Positions 38,001 through 52,064 of a DNA stretch of 64,000 nt are shown piece by piece. The notes beneath the pieces are model-generated. The model saw nothing but the letters and a program-made list of their open reading frames with translations, was not told the origin of the DNA and made no database searches. The position numbers and the translations under genes were made by a program. The stretch comes from Epiperipatus broadwayi (taxonomy: Eukaryota > Animalia > Onychophora), in assembly GCA_028023455.1 (NCBI GenBank), contig JAQFVV010000009.1, positions 13,392,001 through 13,456,000 on the forward strand, in the 5' to 3' direction. Positions within the stretch are counted from its first letter, which is position 1. Every line of letters begins with the position of its first letter.

Positions 38001-40770
38001 TTAATAGATAATTTGTATTATAAGTACAGCAATAAAATATTTAAAAACTGAATATATTTAATGTCTTTAAAACATCAAAAGTTACTGGAAACTTAAATAT
38101 CATAATTATTATATTTAATATTAAAATAATATTTACAATATATTCTATATATTATACTAAAAAGTTGTTTTTTTTTTATCTTGCATCTACATCTTTATAA
38201 TCAAAACTTCAATAATTGAAGTTTTTTGGGTTTTTTTTTTAGCTTTCTTGCTATAATGTGCATACAGATTTTTAATAACTAATTAGTAAATTTGTCCTTT
38301 TTCTTTTTATTTTCTTGATTTAACTTCCTACTAGCTTTTTAATAACACTTATATGAAAACAGTACAATAAAATCAATAAAAATATGCATTAAAAAGTTAG
38401 TTATTAGAGTTAGTTCTCACTTTCTTTTTTATATGTTATTTTATATGATGAACAAATTAAAGATTACTGAAGTAGTTGGAGCTCAATTAGAAGCAATAAA
38501 AACATGAATTCACATCAAAAGCTATATAAGGGTTCTTTGCCCAAAACTATAAATAGATATCATGTAGCTATTATATGTACAGAAGTCCCAGATTAACTTG
38601 AACTAGTCACATGATTGTAAAAATTAAAACAAGTAATTGTAATAGAATAAAATCTTGGTCACTGATAAGAAAGATATGAGCCCTGGGTCATGGATTACTT
38701 TTTATCTTTGCATAAATCTTCCACTTAAATGCATGTAAACTTTAACACATATATATCCATTCAATTCTCTGTAAATGTTCACGTAAACATATATATCAAA
38801 TTAAATGATAATATATAATTAGGGTTTGTCATTAATAGTGAAAAATCTATATCATATATACTGTGTAGGCATATTTCTAAGTTCACATGGATATGGATAT
38901 CACCTGAACATGTATAAATATCTATATTAGTAAATACAAAGATACAGAGCAAACATATGTAAGTTCCATGAATTCTTAAGTTATCAATATCCACTTCTGA
39001 TGAAATGATTGGTCTATTTCTATTTCAATTCCTTTGCTCTTTTTAAATTAGTTCCATATTTTATTTATTTATTTTAAATCTTATTTTTTTCTTGTTAGCC
39101 CAAGCAACTGTTTCCAAACTCTTTGTAAATTTGGGCTTGTTTTATTTTCTCTTATAATGACAATCCTTTATCGAACGAGGAAAAAAGGCCACTTTTAAAT
39201 TTTTCGTCTAATCATTTTTCATCTGTTTAAAAATGTATTTCTTGTCATTTTTAATCATATGCACATTAATGAAAATAAATATGTCAAAGCCATTCTTCAT
39301 TATAAACAAGACTTGTACTAATAACATACTAGAGATGATAGGTACAGAATAAAATAAGACAAGGAGAAAGCAATAGCATTCCATAAGCCTGCAATTTTCA
39401 TGTAATAAAATGAATCAGTTTTAAAATAATTTTGCAATATTTTTTTTTTCATTTTCTCATCCAAGGAACTAGTTATACCACTTTTTCTAGGTCCAACATT
39501 TCATTTGATTCTCAGGAAAGCATAGTTAAGAACTAATAATCTTAATCATTTGAATAGAAGCATTTTATCCTGGCATAAATTAAAAAATTGATTTTCCAAA
39601 ATTCACCATAAATCAATTTTTTATATAAAAAAATCAAGCAATTATAATACTTTTTAAAAGTGAGAATCAGTGATAATTAATGAATAAATATTTTACTAAA
39701 CATCTAATTAATTTAAAATACTAACCTATTAATGAGCATAGTTGCATTTTTTTTAACTAATAATTTTAAATATTTTACCTAAGATATTGCTAGCAATGAA
39801 ATCTGAGGTCAACATCCTATTTAAAACCAATTTTTTAAATAATAAAATAAAGCAAGTTTTTAAATTAAAAAAAACTTAATTATCATAATGTACAATTCCA
39901 ATTTATTTTTTGTGTAATTTATGTTTTTGTTTTTTTTTTCATAATTATTCACTTAATTTTTTTTTCACCATTTACAATAAAATTGAACTTTCATGAAAAA
40001 GTAAAACAATAATATAGTAATCACTTCAAATAAAAAATAAATTTAGAAATGTATTTTGAGTAATTATTGAAAAAAATGGATGTGGATCTTATGTTAATGA
40101 AATAAATACAGAAATCCATTTTATATAAAAATGTTTTTTTTTTTTTTCATCCAAACCACATAACTTATAATAATAGCACTTATCACAAATCAAAATTTAA
40201 TTTGCTTTATTTGAAAGTAAAAATAATGGAATGCACATAGTGTTTTATTTAATAAGAAAGTACACATAATTATATAATTATATTTTTGCCAAGAAAACAG
40301 TTCTTTTTTTTTAAAACTACAGATAAATGGATAAATAGATGTAAATGTTATTTAATCATATATATAAATAATTGTGCGTGCAATTTAATCATATCAAGAG
40401 TTTAAAGATGGGTATAGTGTGAATGCTTTAATTCCAGTCTCTACTATATAAATTTTGAATGGACACTATAAATAACAATAAAAGATCATTTTACAACAGG
40501 TTCTGGCTAATTGCTTTTTTCTAACAGAACATTCTGCATCCAATACAAAGCCACATTTTATTTTTATTATGAGTTAAAATTTTTCAAACACTATTATATA
40601 AAAAAAACTTTGTATTTTAATAGGTTAATTTTTTTTTTTTTTAAATAACTTTGAAACAAAAAAATTACTTTTAAAATTATTTAAAAGCATAAACTTTTAT
40701 TTTACATTTTAAAAAATCCCAACAAATTGTGTAGAGTATTTGTCTGAAGATTTGTAATGATGGTATATTA

Positions 40771-40952
40771 TAAGATGTGATATGTTAGACTATTTCCATC
40801 ATTTTTCAAATACAAACAACTTGTTAATAATAACACACAAATATTGTCTATTTGTGTGTTATTACTAACAAGTTGTTTGTATTTGGAAAGTTTAAATAAA
40901 GTTTAAAGTTTTCTATACATTCAGCATTCACTCATCAACATATCACATCTTA
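40771..40952. repeat. Nested foldback: 16-bp outer inverted repeat plus 37-bp inner hairpin (MITE-like)
   Basis: TAAGATGTGATATGTT (40771-86) / AACATATCACATCTTA (40937-52) pair perfectly; inner arms 40807-40843 / 40849-40885 pair 36/37 around the 5-nt loop TTGTC. Confidence 0.85.
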
Positions 40953-43900
40953 AATTGTGTAGAGAACTTGCAGTTTAATTTATTTCCTGATTATATCTGC
41001 TATCAAAAACAAAAATAAAAACCTTGAATTGCAGCTTTATTATGAAATATTATGGAGAGAATTGAATACTAATACTGATACAAAGCAGCTCAATTAGGAG
41101 AGACCATAAAATTTGCAATAACAGCACTAGTATAGTCATTCCAGGATGGACAGTAAGAAGAATTAATATTATAAATAAGAATTAGAGAGTTTGTAATAAT
41201 ATAAATCAACTGCATAGATCCAGTGTTAAACAAATAAAATTTTATATTACCACAAGTAGTTCTTCTATAATAAATTCCTATAGTAAAATAAACTATTGAT
41301 TAAAAGTAGCCTATATAATAAATTCATACCTTACATATTTTTTTGTTTAATTTTAATAATCTCTTAACAACTTATTGCTCATTTCCAATATTTTTTAACC
41401 TTAACTAATTATTTGATTTCAATGTAAATTTGTGGGAAAACCATTCACATGATTGTATGATTTATCGATATATCTTTAGAAAAGTTTTAAAATTTTTATT
41501 TGAAAGAGACATATTTTGAAATAAATTAAAAAGTAAATATATATATAAATTTTTATCTGAAAAATATTTTCAAAATTTTAATTTAGATATGGAAAAACAA
41601 TTACAATTTTTGTGAAGACTTTATAATAATAGCTAATAAGATACCGTGAAGCTGTGACATCCATTATTTAATCTTTAATTAATTTTAAAGTTACATAAAA
41701 AATATCAGCATATGAAATTTAATAATTTCAGATTTACTACATAATTGTTAAAAGTTTAGTTTTAAGGTTTTGTTATTTAAAAAAAGAGATGCTATTTTAA
41801 AGTGATGCAAACAACATGACTTAACAGATTAATACTATGCAATAGTTAAAACAAGTATGCCACAAAAAAAATGGTATCCATTTAGTTTTTAAAATTTAAT
41901 ATGAATATAAATTTTTTAATATTTTTTACTAAGGTATAAATTTTAATGTTTATATTTTTGTTTAGTTATTTATTTATTTTTTGGATATTATATAATTGCA
42001 ATAATTAATGGATGGTGATATAATAGATGTCATAGCTCTACTGTTTATACTTTTAAATTTAGACAGATTACAATTATGACATGCTTAAAATTATTTTTTA
42101 TAAACATTTGAATAAAAAATTATATAATATAAAAATAAAATGCAAACTCAGCAAACAGTCTACAAGTAATTGTCCATTTATATAAATTATATGCAGTTAA
42201 TATACATTTGTACTTTGAATATTTATATATTTGAATTTATTATTTTAAAATTGTAATGTATTTCAATAGACAAAAATAAATTAAGTTGTCATTATGAAAA
42301 TAAAATCAATCTTTCAGGAATGTACAAACTGCAGATTATATATATGTACATTAGTGTATATATAAATTGCCAATCATACATATTTATTCTTAAATTTTTT
42401 TTTTATTTGCATGCTAGGGAAGAATATCTGATTTTTTTTTTTTCAGAACAAGTATACATTATGTAAAAAATGAAATAAATAATTGTTAATTTTTTTGAAT
42501 GCTTGTGTCATAAACTATTATCAAATGTAAAAAAAATGTATCATATTAATTATAATTTTACATGAGAAATGTAATAAATCTATTATTGATTTATTGTTGA
42601 CTGTTTAATTTTAAAATTTATTTATTAAAAGATGCAATTTATGAATAAATATAAAATTCATAACTGTAAAGAGTTAAATTCTTTATTTTATAACAATGAT
42701 ATTTTCTTAAATTTGTTGCATTAAGTAAACTGAAATGTATCTTTAATTTTGTTTATGTATTATTGGCTCTCTATATATATTTTCACAAAAGCATGTGACT
42801 TTTTTAAATATATATATATTTCAATTTACTATCGACGAAATGGTGATCATGTGATGTTTAGTGGTAAAATATTAAGGTACAGTGAAGCTGCAATATGTGC
42901 TATCAATATATTCTACTTCAATTATTTTATTTAGTAAAATATTTTCTAAGTATAATTTAAGAGAATTTCTTAAAGTACTTTCTCTAAGCAATAAAATATA
43001 AATTATCAATTTATAGTGAAAGAAAAAGCACATTCAGAAGTGGGCTGTATGTTTTAAAATGAATTCTCTGTTAAATAATAAAAAGTGAAAAAAACATTTG
43101 TGTCATGATTGAATTTATGAATAGAAGATATGAAGTGATAAAATGTTTCTATAGATATTTTTTTTATTTTATATTGCAACAAAAAGCTTCAAGTCTATAT
43201 GAAGAATATTTGTATAATAATTTTATTATTATTTTTTGAGTGAATGAGAATAAATGACTACATGTTCTCTCTCAACTTATTATCAGCTACATTTTTTCAA
43301 TTTTTATTTATATTATAATCTTAATTTGTATACCTATAGTGTACATATTAGTGTACATATAAAAAAGCATCTGTATTATATATAAACAATGTTTATTGTA
43401 TTGGGAGAAAAACATAAAGAAAGCATGAACTATTGTCCTCTAAGTATGATATGTCCTATGAGTGGGTTTGAAATGAAATACAGAAGGCATAACAGCTGTA
43501 ATGTAGATACATGTATATAAATCAAAACATGTTATATAAAACATTAAACACTATTAATATTCAAAGTTATATTTTTCTTATCTTGTATTAGTTGCCAAAA
43601 ATATTTCTAAGAAAAAGATTTATTCCATATCTTTATTAACAATAGCTGAGTGCGCTTTAGGCTAGAGAAGCCAGCAATTTGTTCATAATACATTGCCATA
43701 ATTTTGATAATTTTACATATAATAGGTTTCTTATTATCTTCTAAAACAGTACTTACCTAATATATTATCCTACAAGGCAGAGGCAAGAATTTTTGGTCAG
43801 GCACAGCTTATAAGTTATTCTCTGCTAACTTGTTTCTTCTATGCCACAAGTTGAATTATCAATAGTTTGGAATTTTACACTTTTCTGTCTCCTGTATATT

Positions 43901-44500
43901 TATTTTGCTATGCTTAATTTTTTTTATCCTCCTATCTTAAGTCATTTAAGTTGGTTAAAATTCTCATGCCATTTGCCACCTCATTATTAATTGTGATAAT
44001 GGAATTGTCTATTCGTGCATCACATTCTATATTTCAATTAAATGCACAACAATTCTAATTCCAATTTTCTTTCAACTTTTTTTTTTTATGTTTTCTCTAC
44101 TTTTTTAAATTGAAGGCCATTTTGGTTTAGAAGTGATTTCTACTGATGGTGATAAAACTACTTAAGTAGTTCTAAAACTATTATAATTCAAAATAGTAAA
44201 TGCTATGCAATTAACTATTTTTAATTAATAAAATTTAATTTGCTGTTAATGATTAAAGTGATTTTTTCCTTTTTTAAATATACTCTTAAATTGAATTTCT
44301 TTAAATGATATCATGAAGAAAATATATATTTTATAAACAATGTGACAAAGGAGTATTGCAATAAGTTTATAAAATTACAGCTTTTTTTTTTTTAAAGTAC
44401 ATATATTATTTATATTTATACATTTCTTATAATTTGTTTGATAAACCATCATCACTTGAAAACTCATTAAACAGGTAATGACTAGGGGGGAAATGTGAAG

Positions 44501-44610
44501 AGTTTGTCATCAAGTAACACTAACACTTAAATATCTTTTTTTTTTTTTAATAAGTTTGTCATCAAATAACACTAACACTTAAATATCTTTTCTTTTTTTT
44601 TTTTTAATAA
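44501..44610. repeat. Local tandem duplication, ~52 bp x2
   Basis: agtttgtcatcaa(g/a)taacactaacacttaaatatc-polyT-aata starts at 44501 and again at 44553. Confidence 0.85.
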
Positions 44611-45759
44611 TGCACTAGAGAAGAGTGTTAACTATAAGATATTCAAGGGTTTTGCAGTTCCCCACACCTATAAAAAGGGTCAAATATCTTAAAAGTGAAA
44701 ACATCCTTTTGAAGGTAATCAATTGTGTTCTAAATTAGAAGATAAAAATGGTTCTCAAGATTAAAAAGATTACCAACTTTTATTATTTAAAAGAGTGATT
44801 AAGCAAAATTAATATTAATAAAATAATATAGTTTTTCTTGTTTTTTTTTTAAATTAACAATACCTTTTATTATTAGTCTCCTTACAGTTTGAACTGTCTA
44901 ATAGGCTTTTTTGAATTGTGACAAATGCCTACATTACTTATATGCTTATACACACATACTTATATAGAAAAAATTATATAATTTTTCAATTACTTAAATA
45001 GATATATACATATAAGTGATCTATATACCCATATTTGTATTTCATACCTGCATTGATATCTATAATTGTAATATAAAAATCAATATTCTTTTCTTATATA
45101 TAAGTTGAATAAAAGTGATAAACAGCACATCAAACAATATTAACAATTATGACTATTATTTAATGTTATTTTACCAAAATTTTGCTCTCTTTCAAAATTT
45201 AATTCCACAAATATTTTATCCATTATATATCTTTACAAATTTATAAAGTGATCAAATTACACAGAAATCTAGTCATATATGTCACAAGACCTAATTTAAC
45301 AAGCTTGTATTACAAATGTTGTATATAGAGCTCCCAAATAAACTCTTAACAAGCTTTGCAGAACATCCCTAACCCCAGACCAGTTTCTGCTACTAGCTTC
45401 CTCAGTGGGGTGCTGATCAAACTAAATATTTGTAATTGTAAATTCTAGCTTGAATTTATTGAAGTATTTATGAAAGTTGGGATATCAACTGTTAACTCTA
45501 TTTTTTTTTTTATTAAGTAGTATTTGTCTCTCTAGCTTTACATTAGCAAAATTTTACACATTACAACAATTAACAATTTATTATGCACAGGGCAATTTTA
45601 AAATACATATTTTATCATAAGAAAATATAAACTAACATTGCTATGCCTTCATTTCGATGCTTCCATGACCATTTTCATTTTGAATTTTTCTCAAAATAAA
45701 ATAATAATATAGAGTTTTATTTTTTTACACAAATTCCACAAATATGTGTTCTCTCTCAT

Positions 45760-46150
45760 TTCTCATATTCAAATTTACCATAGCACTCTCTTTTAATTAT
45801 TTGCTAAATCTAGCAGCAAAATCTTCCATAACAACTTTAAAATGTTATTTAATCTGATCAAAAGCATTTTATACATCTATATAAAAATACTTTATAACAT
45901 CACAATAAAAACTTATTGGGGCATAAACATGAAATATTTGCATTCGATTTCCATTGTTAACTAATCTTGCTCTCTCATTAATATACTATCAATCTCTTTA
46001 ATGTTTCAATGTTTTATTTATAATAAATCCCATTATACTTGTGCTTCCAATATTTGTGCTTTATAGTAATTAACATGTTCATTTTTCAATCAACTCTTCT
46101 GACTTCAAAATGTTCATTTAAATATTAAACTTTTTCCAATTGCTGCAACA
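45760..46150 (-). mobile_element. Old RTE endonuclease-domain fragment
   Basis: 45790-45900 resembles 32345-32450 (tcttccataacaactttaaaatg..tgatcaaaagc vs tctcccataacaattttaaaatg..tgatcaaaagc). Confidence 0.6.
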
Positions 46151-47261
46151 CTCCTTCAGTAATAGAGACCATATTAAAAATTACCATCAAATGGCATCCT
46201 TGGTTCTGATGACAGTTTTTAATTCATCTTTAATTTCCAAATGCTTCATTTGCTGATGAGATTATGTTTTCATATTTTGTCACAAATTTTTGGTTAGTAA
46301 ATGGATATCTAACTGATCTTAACTAAAGTGTAAAAAAAGAAAAAAACTGCTTAAATCCTCATCATCCAGTCAGTGACTAGTTAAATGGGGGATGTTGGAA
46401 AAGCTTTTACACTCCAGTGGATCATTTAAGTTATTCTACATTTTTATATACAAATAGTTTAGAATACTCAAAATTAGAATAGAATGTGGATTATTTCAGG
46501 TTTTGCTTTCATGCCATCAATTCATCAATTAACTTGTTTAAAAATAATACTTTTTTTATTATTATGTTTTAATGTATAACCAATTTTTGCAATTAGGGCT
46601 AAGATAGTTTTAAATAAAATATAGGCACTATAAAAAGCAAAGTAGTAATTACTAATATTTCAAATGTTTGAAAGATTTTATTCTACATTATCTACATTAA
46701 GTACAGGAATATTTAAAAAGAATAGTAGTACTTTAAATCACAAATACTAAGGATCTCAGTGAACATGGATTGAATTATTCTATCAGTTAAAAGTTGTGTT
46801 ATGCAATATGACATACACACATTGCAGATTTATTAGATTATAGATCAAATTTGTATAGCTGTCATTATTTTTAATGCAAAAAATGTTTTTATGTCTTCAA
46901 TAATTAATATTTTTATGACTTTAATAATTAAGTTTTACCCATCTAAAATTTATAAATTCTTTATGAAATTCTACATAGACATATATTTAGGTATATATAT
47001 ATTTTCATTAAACAAAAAAAAAAAAACTAATATAGGCATGAAGGATTACAAGATTGTTTAGCATTTTAGTTTGGCTATGATACAGAAATCATTACTAATC
47101 CAAAAAACTGAATCTGATAAGTTTTCTGAGAAAAATGCTAATAGTTTTCTTTTTTTATTTCCATTTAATCCTTATTATAAACTATTGTAGAAAGGAGTTT
47201 ATTTTATTCATGATGGTAGACATTATATGAATTACAAACACTTCCTAATATCAAAAACAAA

Positions 47262-47557
47262 TGGCAACTCTTTCCAAACAGTACTGCCAGCCAGTATAAG
47301 CTAAAGTTATCAAGGGATGCTACAATCTGCATCAAAATCACTAGCTAGTGTCTACTCATCCAATATTACCAGACTAATTTCTAGCTTGCAGCTTTCATTA
47401 GTGAGAAACCTTGGATCTGGGAGCATTGCATCTAGATCTTTGGATCTAATGCAACTCTCCAGTAGTCAACTAGATAGGGATATTGATAAAAAAACGTTCT
47501 ATCATCAACTAATTATGGCTTGCACTGGGTGGCACTATTGTTTGAGAGAGTTGCTAC
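47262..47557. repeat. Family B repeat in asymmetric head-to-head arrangement, with degenerate hammerhead-like core
   Basis: Left arm (to ~47470) is the minus-strand homolog of 190-392 and reads TCTCA CTAATGA A AGCT GCA AGCT A GAAA TTAG TC TGG (47366-47407, minus). Right arm 47469-47557 matches 317-392 in direct orientation. Confidence 0.6.
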
Positions 47558-47858
47558 TGCTCTAACAGTTAGAGTAAGTATAAGAAATAGTGATCATGTG
47601 ATGTATTGATGACTTCTTAATATCATGAACATTATACCTGTAATATTTTTTTAAAAAGAATAAAGAGAAAAATACCGTCAAGCTATCAGTAACAAATCAA
47701 TTAGTTTTCTATTATTGTACTTTTAATTTTTTTAATGCATGACCTGTTGCCCAGGAAATCAAATAAATGTTCAAATATCAAAGTGATAGTAACAACAATT
47801 CTAAACAAATGATCAAATATTGTTGTTTTTTTTCAATCATTAATTGATTGCTAAGTAT

Positions 47859-50774
47859 TGAAACAGTAAGGTCTACTTTGCAGATTTTGTTTCACCTTTT
47901 CTCACCTATTTCCTACCCTCATACTTTATTTTGAACCCCAATCTATCGTAGTGTGTCTGCAATACGCTTATATACTGAAAATCCCACCTAATTTTAAACC
48001 ACGAGTACAATGCTCGTATTATATAATATAAGTATAACTCATGCCCAAATAAATAAAATATTATAGATTATGTATATGTTCACATAATTTAGATTTATTT
48101 AAAAGTAGGTTATATAGGTCATAATTGCACACACACTATGATATACATTTTAAAACTTATATCAAAATTATAAATTGTTAATTAAAGTTATTTTGTTTGA
48201 ATCTATTTACAAATATATTACAGTCGTAATATATTTTTGATTTAAAATAAAATTCATATTCGTTTAGTAAATAGATTCAAATATTGAGATTTAAAAGTAA
48301 AATAATTTTCTTTTAATTTAATAAAAGTCATTCCAAATATTTCTGTTAAAATAAATGAGGAACAATAGTTTAATTATTTGATGTTATTGAAGCTTATCTA
48401 AAAATACAGCAGATGTCCACTTAAGGTTTTCTTTTAATTAATAAAAGTTATTTTAATTAAATCTAGTTTGTAATTCGAATGTCGACAAGGAAATTAACAA
48501 TAGAAATTAATTAAAATTTTGTTGAATTCCTTTAGACATTCGGATAGGTTTAATTACAGCTGATAAGTAAGCAAAGTTCGATATATTTTTGTAACATTCC
48601 AGGGCAGTTCGATTGTTTATTTCCACTATAAAAAGGAGGGTTTTCTTTTGTTCTCCATTCTGGTCATTTGCTGATGAAATGTTTCTAACCAAAATTATTC
48701 TAGTTTTTGCTGATGAAATGTTTCTAACCAAAATTATTCTGGTGTTGCTAATGAAATGATTCGAGTGATATTCTAGTAAAATATTCTTCAAAATATATTT
48801 TCCTGAGATTTTAGCTACGTGCCTGCGAACTTATATTTGAAGCCGAGTTTTTGTCTCTAAATTAATTTACCACGTTTACCACACCTATTGCTAACCGTGA
48901 CATGACTGAGTAGAGCCGGCGGAGGCTATTTCCCTCAGGAATGGCCAGCTGCTGCTCTAGACCATCGGAAGCTATCACGTAAGGAACCCCGGAAATGCTG
49001 CTGCTGCTGCCAAAAAAATGAACAATTCCAGATTTTGCTGCTGAATTGATAAGACCTGCTAAACATCAATCTACCTGCAAATGCTTCTCCAGAGGTAACC
49101 CAAATTAACCCAAGAGCTCTTGTGATTCTTAACTAACATGCTATAGCTATTTTAAATTGCTTTTCTTTTATTTCACATAACTTCATTATGTATTCTTTTA
49201 ACGTGTTCAAATATAATCAAAAGCTTTACTCTCTATCCTTGGGTTAATATTTTCTATTTATTAAGCTTTCTTTTATTTTATTATGATAATGTGTCAGAAT
49301 CGTCTTTGACCGAGTGAATTATTCCCTTTGTTGAAAGTAAGACGCTGCTATTAAGGCATATTTTAAATTTATAATAATTCCCAATTTTATTATCTTGCAA
49401 ATCACTCGTTCAAGGGTGATTCTAATCTTCTTTAATATATATAAAAATCACATAGTTTAAAATCTACATGTTATTGATTTTAACCTAATATGAGAGTATG
49501 TGTGAGGTCAATGATTTAAATGTGTCCCCAAATGCATGATTGCGTAAATAAACCTATGCTTTCTTTTCAAACCCGCAAGCATGCATTTTCCTATTTTTAA
49601 ATACTGTATTCTACGTTAATTACAAAGTTCATCATTGATGTCGAGAATGTGCGGACCCTTTTAAATTAATTTCTGGGAATTTGATTGGGCATTTCTCTTA
49701 ATCCAAGTAAAACCCATTTAGTATGTTTTATATACACTAGTCTAGTATTGCTGGTAAATGAATTGGTTGTTGAGACCACTTTGTTTTGCTTTTCCAAGGA
49801 TTTTTACACGGCCAAGTCCGTTCTCTTCGCTTCCTGCGGTTTCCAGGCAGAGTGTGTTCACAAATGACACACCTGGGAATTAAACGCAGTCGTCACCCAG
49901 TCACTAAGTTTCGGCTGTTCATGACAACACTTTCCTACGGGTTAGCAGTGAGCTGCCCTCCGTAGTCATTCCAAATATTTCACTGTTTTATTTATATATT
50001 TATTTTTACGAAGCATCCGTGACTTAAACGTGTCACACCCTCCATCCTTTAATAAATTCATTACTAGCAATACTGGCCTCCCATCTGCTTTAATTATTAT
50101 TATCAAATAAATGTCTTGATCACATCTCCACTTTATTGCTTAGGAAGCTTTTGTCCATGCTATTCTTGAAATCAATAAATATTTTATAACACTTAATTTT
50201 CAAGTATTTTATTAAACTTTTATAATTACTCAAAGCACCTTGCACATGTTCCCATCTCTTTAAGCACATTATCGTAATACTATTACCCCGAGGGATAGAA
50301 TATATAATTTTGCTTTAAAACCTTTTGTCATTTATTGGAATATAATGCCAACAATTATTTAGTAAGCGTCCCTGTCTCATATAAGCAGACAGTGGCATTA
50401 TATATATATTTCTATATAAATAAATTTTGAAATCATTTAAAACTAATTTTGATCTTTTATTTTATTGATTCCTATCACTGTCTCGGTCTATATATCTATT
50501 TTCTGCATTTCTTTTGTACATCCATAGACGTCAATTAGCAACCCAAACTTATCTTAGTGTAGAGTCTTTTGTTTCTCCCTGACCACCAGGCACCGGTAAA
50601 AGGTTATACTAGTAGTAGCATCAGATGCGTTATCACGTAGGTAGCGCTGTGAAATTTGACTTTAGATTCGAACTTAGTATATCTAGAAGGCAACCCCTCC
50701 TAGAATGTTCAGTTTCGTGTTTGGGGTTTGAATTCTGCTGTGTGTTAGCGAGATAGACGATTCTGATTGTTATA
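47859..50774 (+). repeat. 5' LTR-like repeat (2916 bp)
   Basis: Begins TGAAACAG, ends TTGTTATA; collinear with 53342-56315 (roughly 93-96% by eye); contains TATAAAAAGG (~48627) and a 39-bp internal tandem repeat (~48668-48760). Confidence 0.9.
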
Positions 50775-50797
50775 TAGTATTTTTTTTTCCGGGTCCA

Positions 50798-50818
50798 TGG
50801 CTTGCCCAAACGTGGAGC
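50798..50818 (+). promoter_or_regulatory. Degenerate tRNA-Lys(CUU)-type primer binding site
   Basis: TGGCTTGCCCAAACGTGGAGC aligns to the Lys(CUU) PBS TGGCGCCCAACGTGGGGC with two small insertions and one mismatch; 23 bp past the repeat end and directly after a CA. Confidence 0.5.
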
Positions 50819-51403
50819 CTTGATTATTTAAACACCCACATCCCTGTAGCTTAATTTTAGCATTTTGTTTCATATTTAATCACTCAAATCCTTTATATTT
50901 TGATATATATAATTTTCCAAACTCTATATTAGCTATATTGTTTATTTGCGTATATATTTCATATATTTTGTTTGACTCAGGCATTCAATTACTTATACTA
51001 TATAATCTAAACTCGTCCAAACTTGCTATAATGCGATACGAGCCATCTGTATTTATCTGTATTTATTGTTTCACTTAAGTCACACTTTGTATGCATAGCG
51101 TAAATTACTGAAATATTGTCCCAAGTGAATATTGTGACAATCTATGTATATTTCAAATCTTGTATTTTTCTATCAAAATAAAGTTTTATCGGCTCAACGC
51201 GCAAGATAGCATAATAATAATTTTGTACGGTAATGACCTAGATATAATAGGCTATCGTATGGAATTCAAAAATGTAATCATAAATAAAATTTTGTAATCA
51301 ATAAAAATGTGAATGTTTTAACGAGTGCCCGTAGTTAAATGGAATAGTTATTAAAATTAATTTTGGGAAGCTAACAGTCTATGGATATTTGTAACTGGTG
51401 ACA

Positions 51404-51413
51404 TGGCGCCCAA
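51404..51413 (+). promoter_or_regulatory. Second tRNA-Lys-type PBS-like motif
   Basis: TGGCGCCCAA (exact first 10 nt of the Lys(CUU) PBS) directly after ...GGTGACA, an LTR-end-like sequence. Confidence 0.5.
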
Positions 51414-52064
51414 GGGTAATTTCACTAAACGGAATTACTTCTAAAATAAATTTTGTCACCAGGCTAAATTCTTTTGTATGTAATTTGTTTTTTTTTCAAC
51501 GTGTATAAATTTTTCTTAGACCAAATAATGAGACGTGAATCGGATCAATAATTATAATGTAAATAAATATATATGTATATGAATCTTAAATAAGTAGGAA
51601 CGAAATAAGTATACCCGGATCTAACGAATGTTAATATATATAAATAAAATTGCTTGAGTTTAAAAATATATATGTTAGCGAAATAATTTGACAGGTAGAA
51701 TTCAATAAATTTTCTATATATACGGGCAGTAAAGTATATGTATGTTAGCAGCAGAATTAAACATGAAATGTTAGCAGTAATAAAGGGGCAGTAGTAGGGG
51801 TTTTAGTGATAAACATAAAAGCAGCAATTAAGCTGACAGAACCGAGAGGGAGAGAACTGATTAGCCATTAATAAAAATTGTAATCAAATGTAATAATCGC
51901 AGAGTTAAACAAGGAATAAATATAAATAAAATAGTGATAACCGTAAAACAGTTTAAAAGTTTTTTTTTTAAATCAGTGCTGTTTATTTGATATATTAAAT
52001 AGCTAGCAATAAAATGTAAATAAAAAGTCATCATCATCATCGATCATGATAATCGTCCAAAGCC

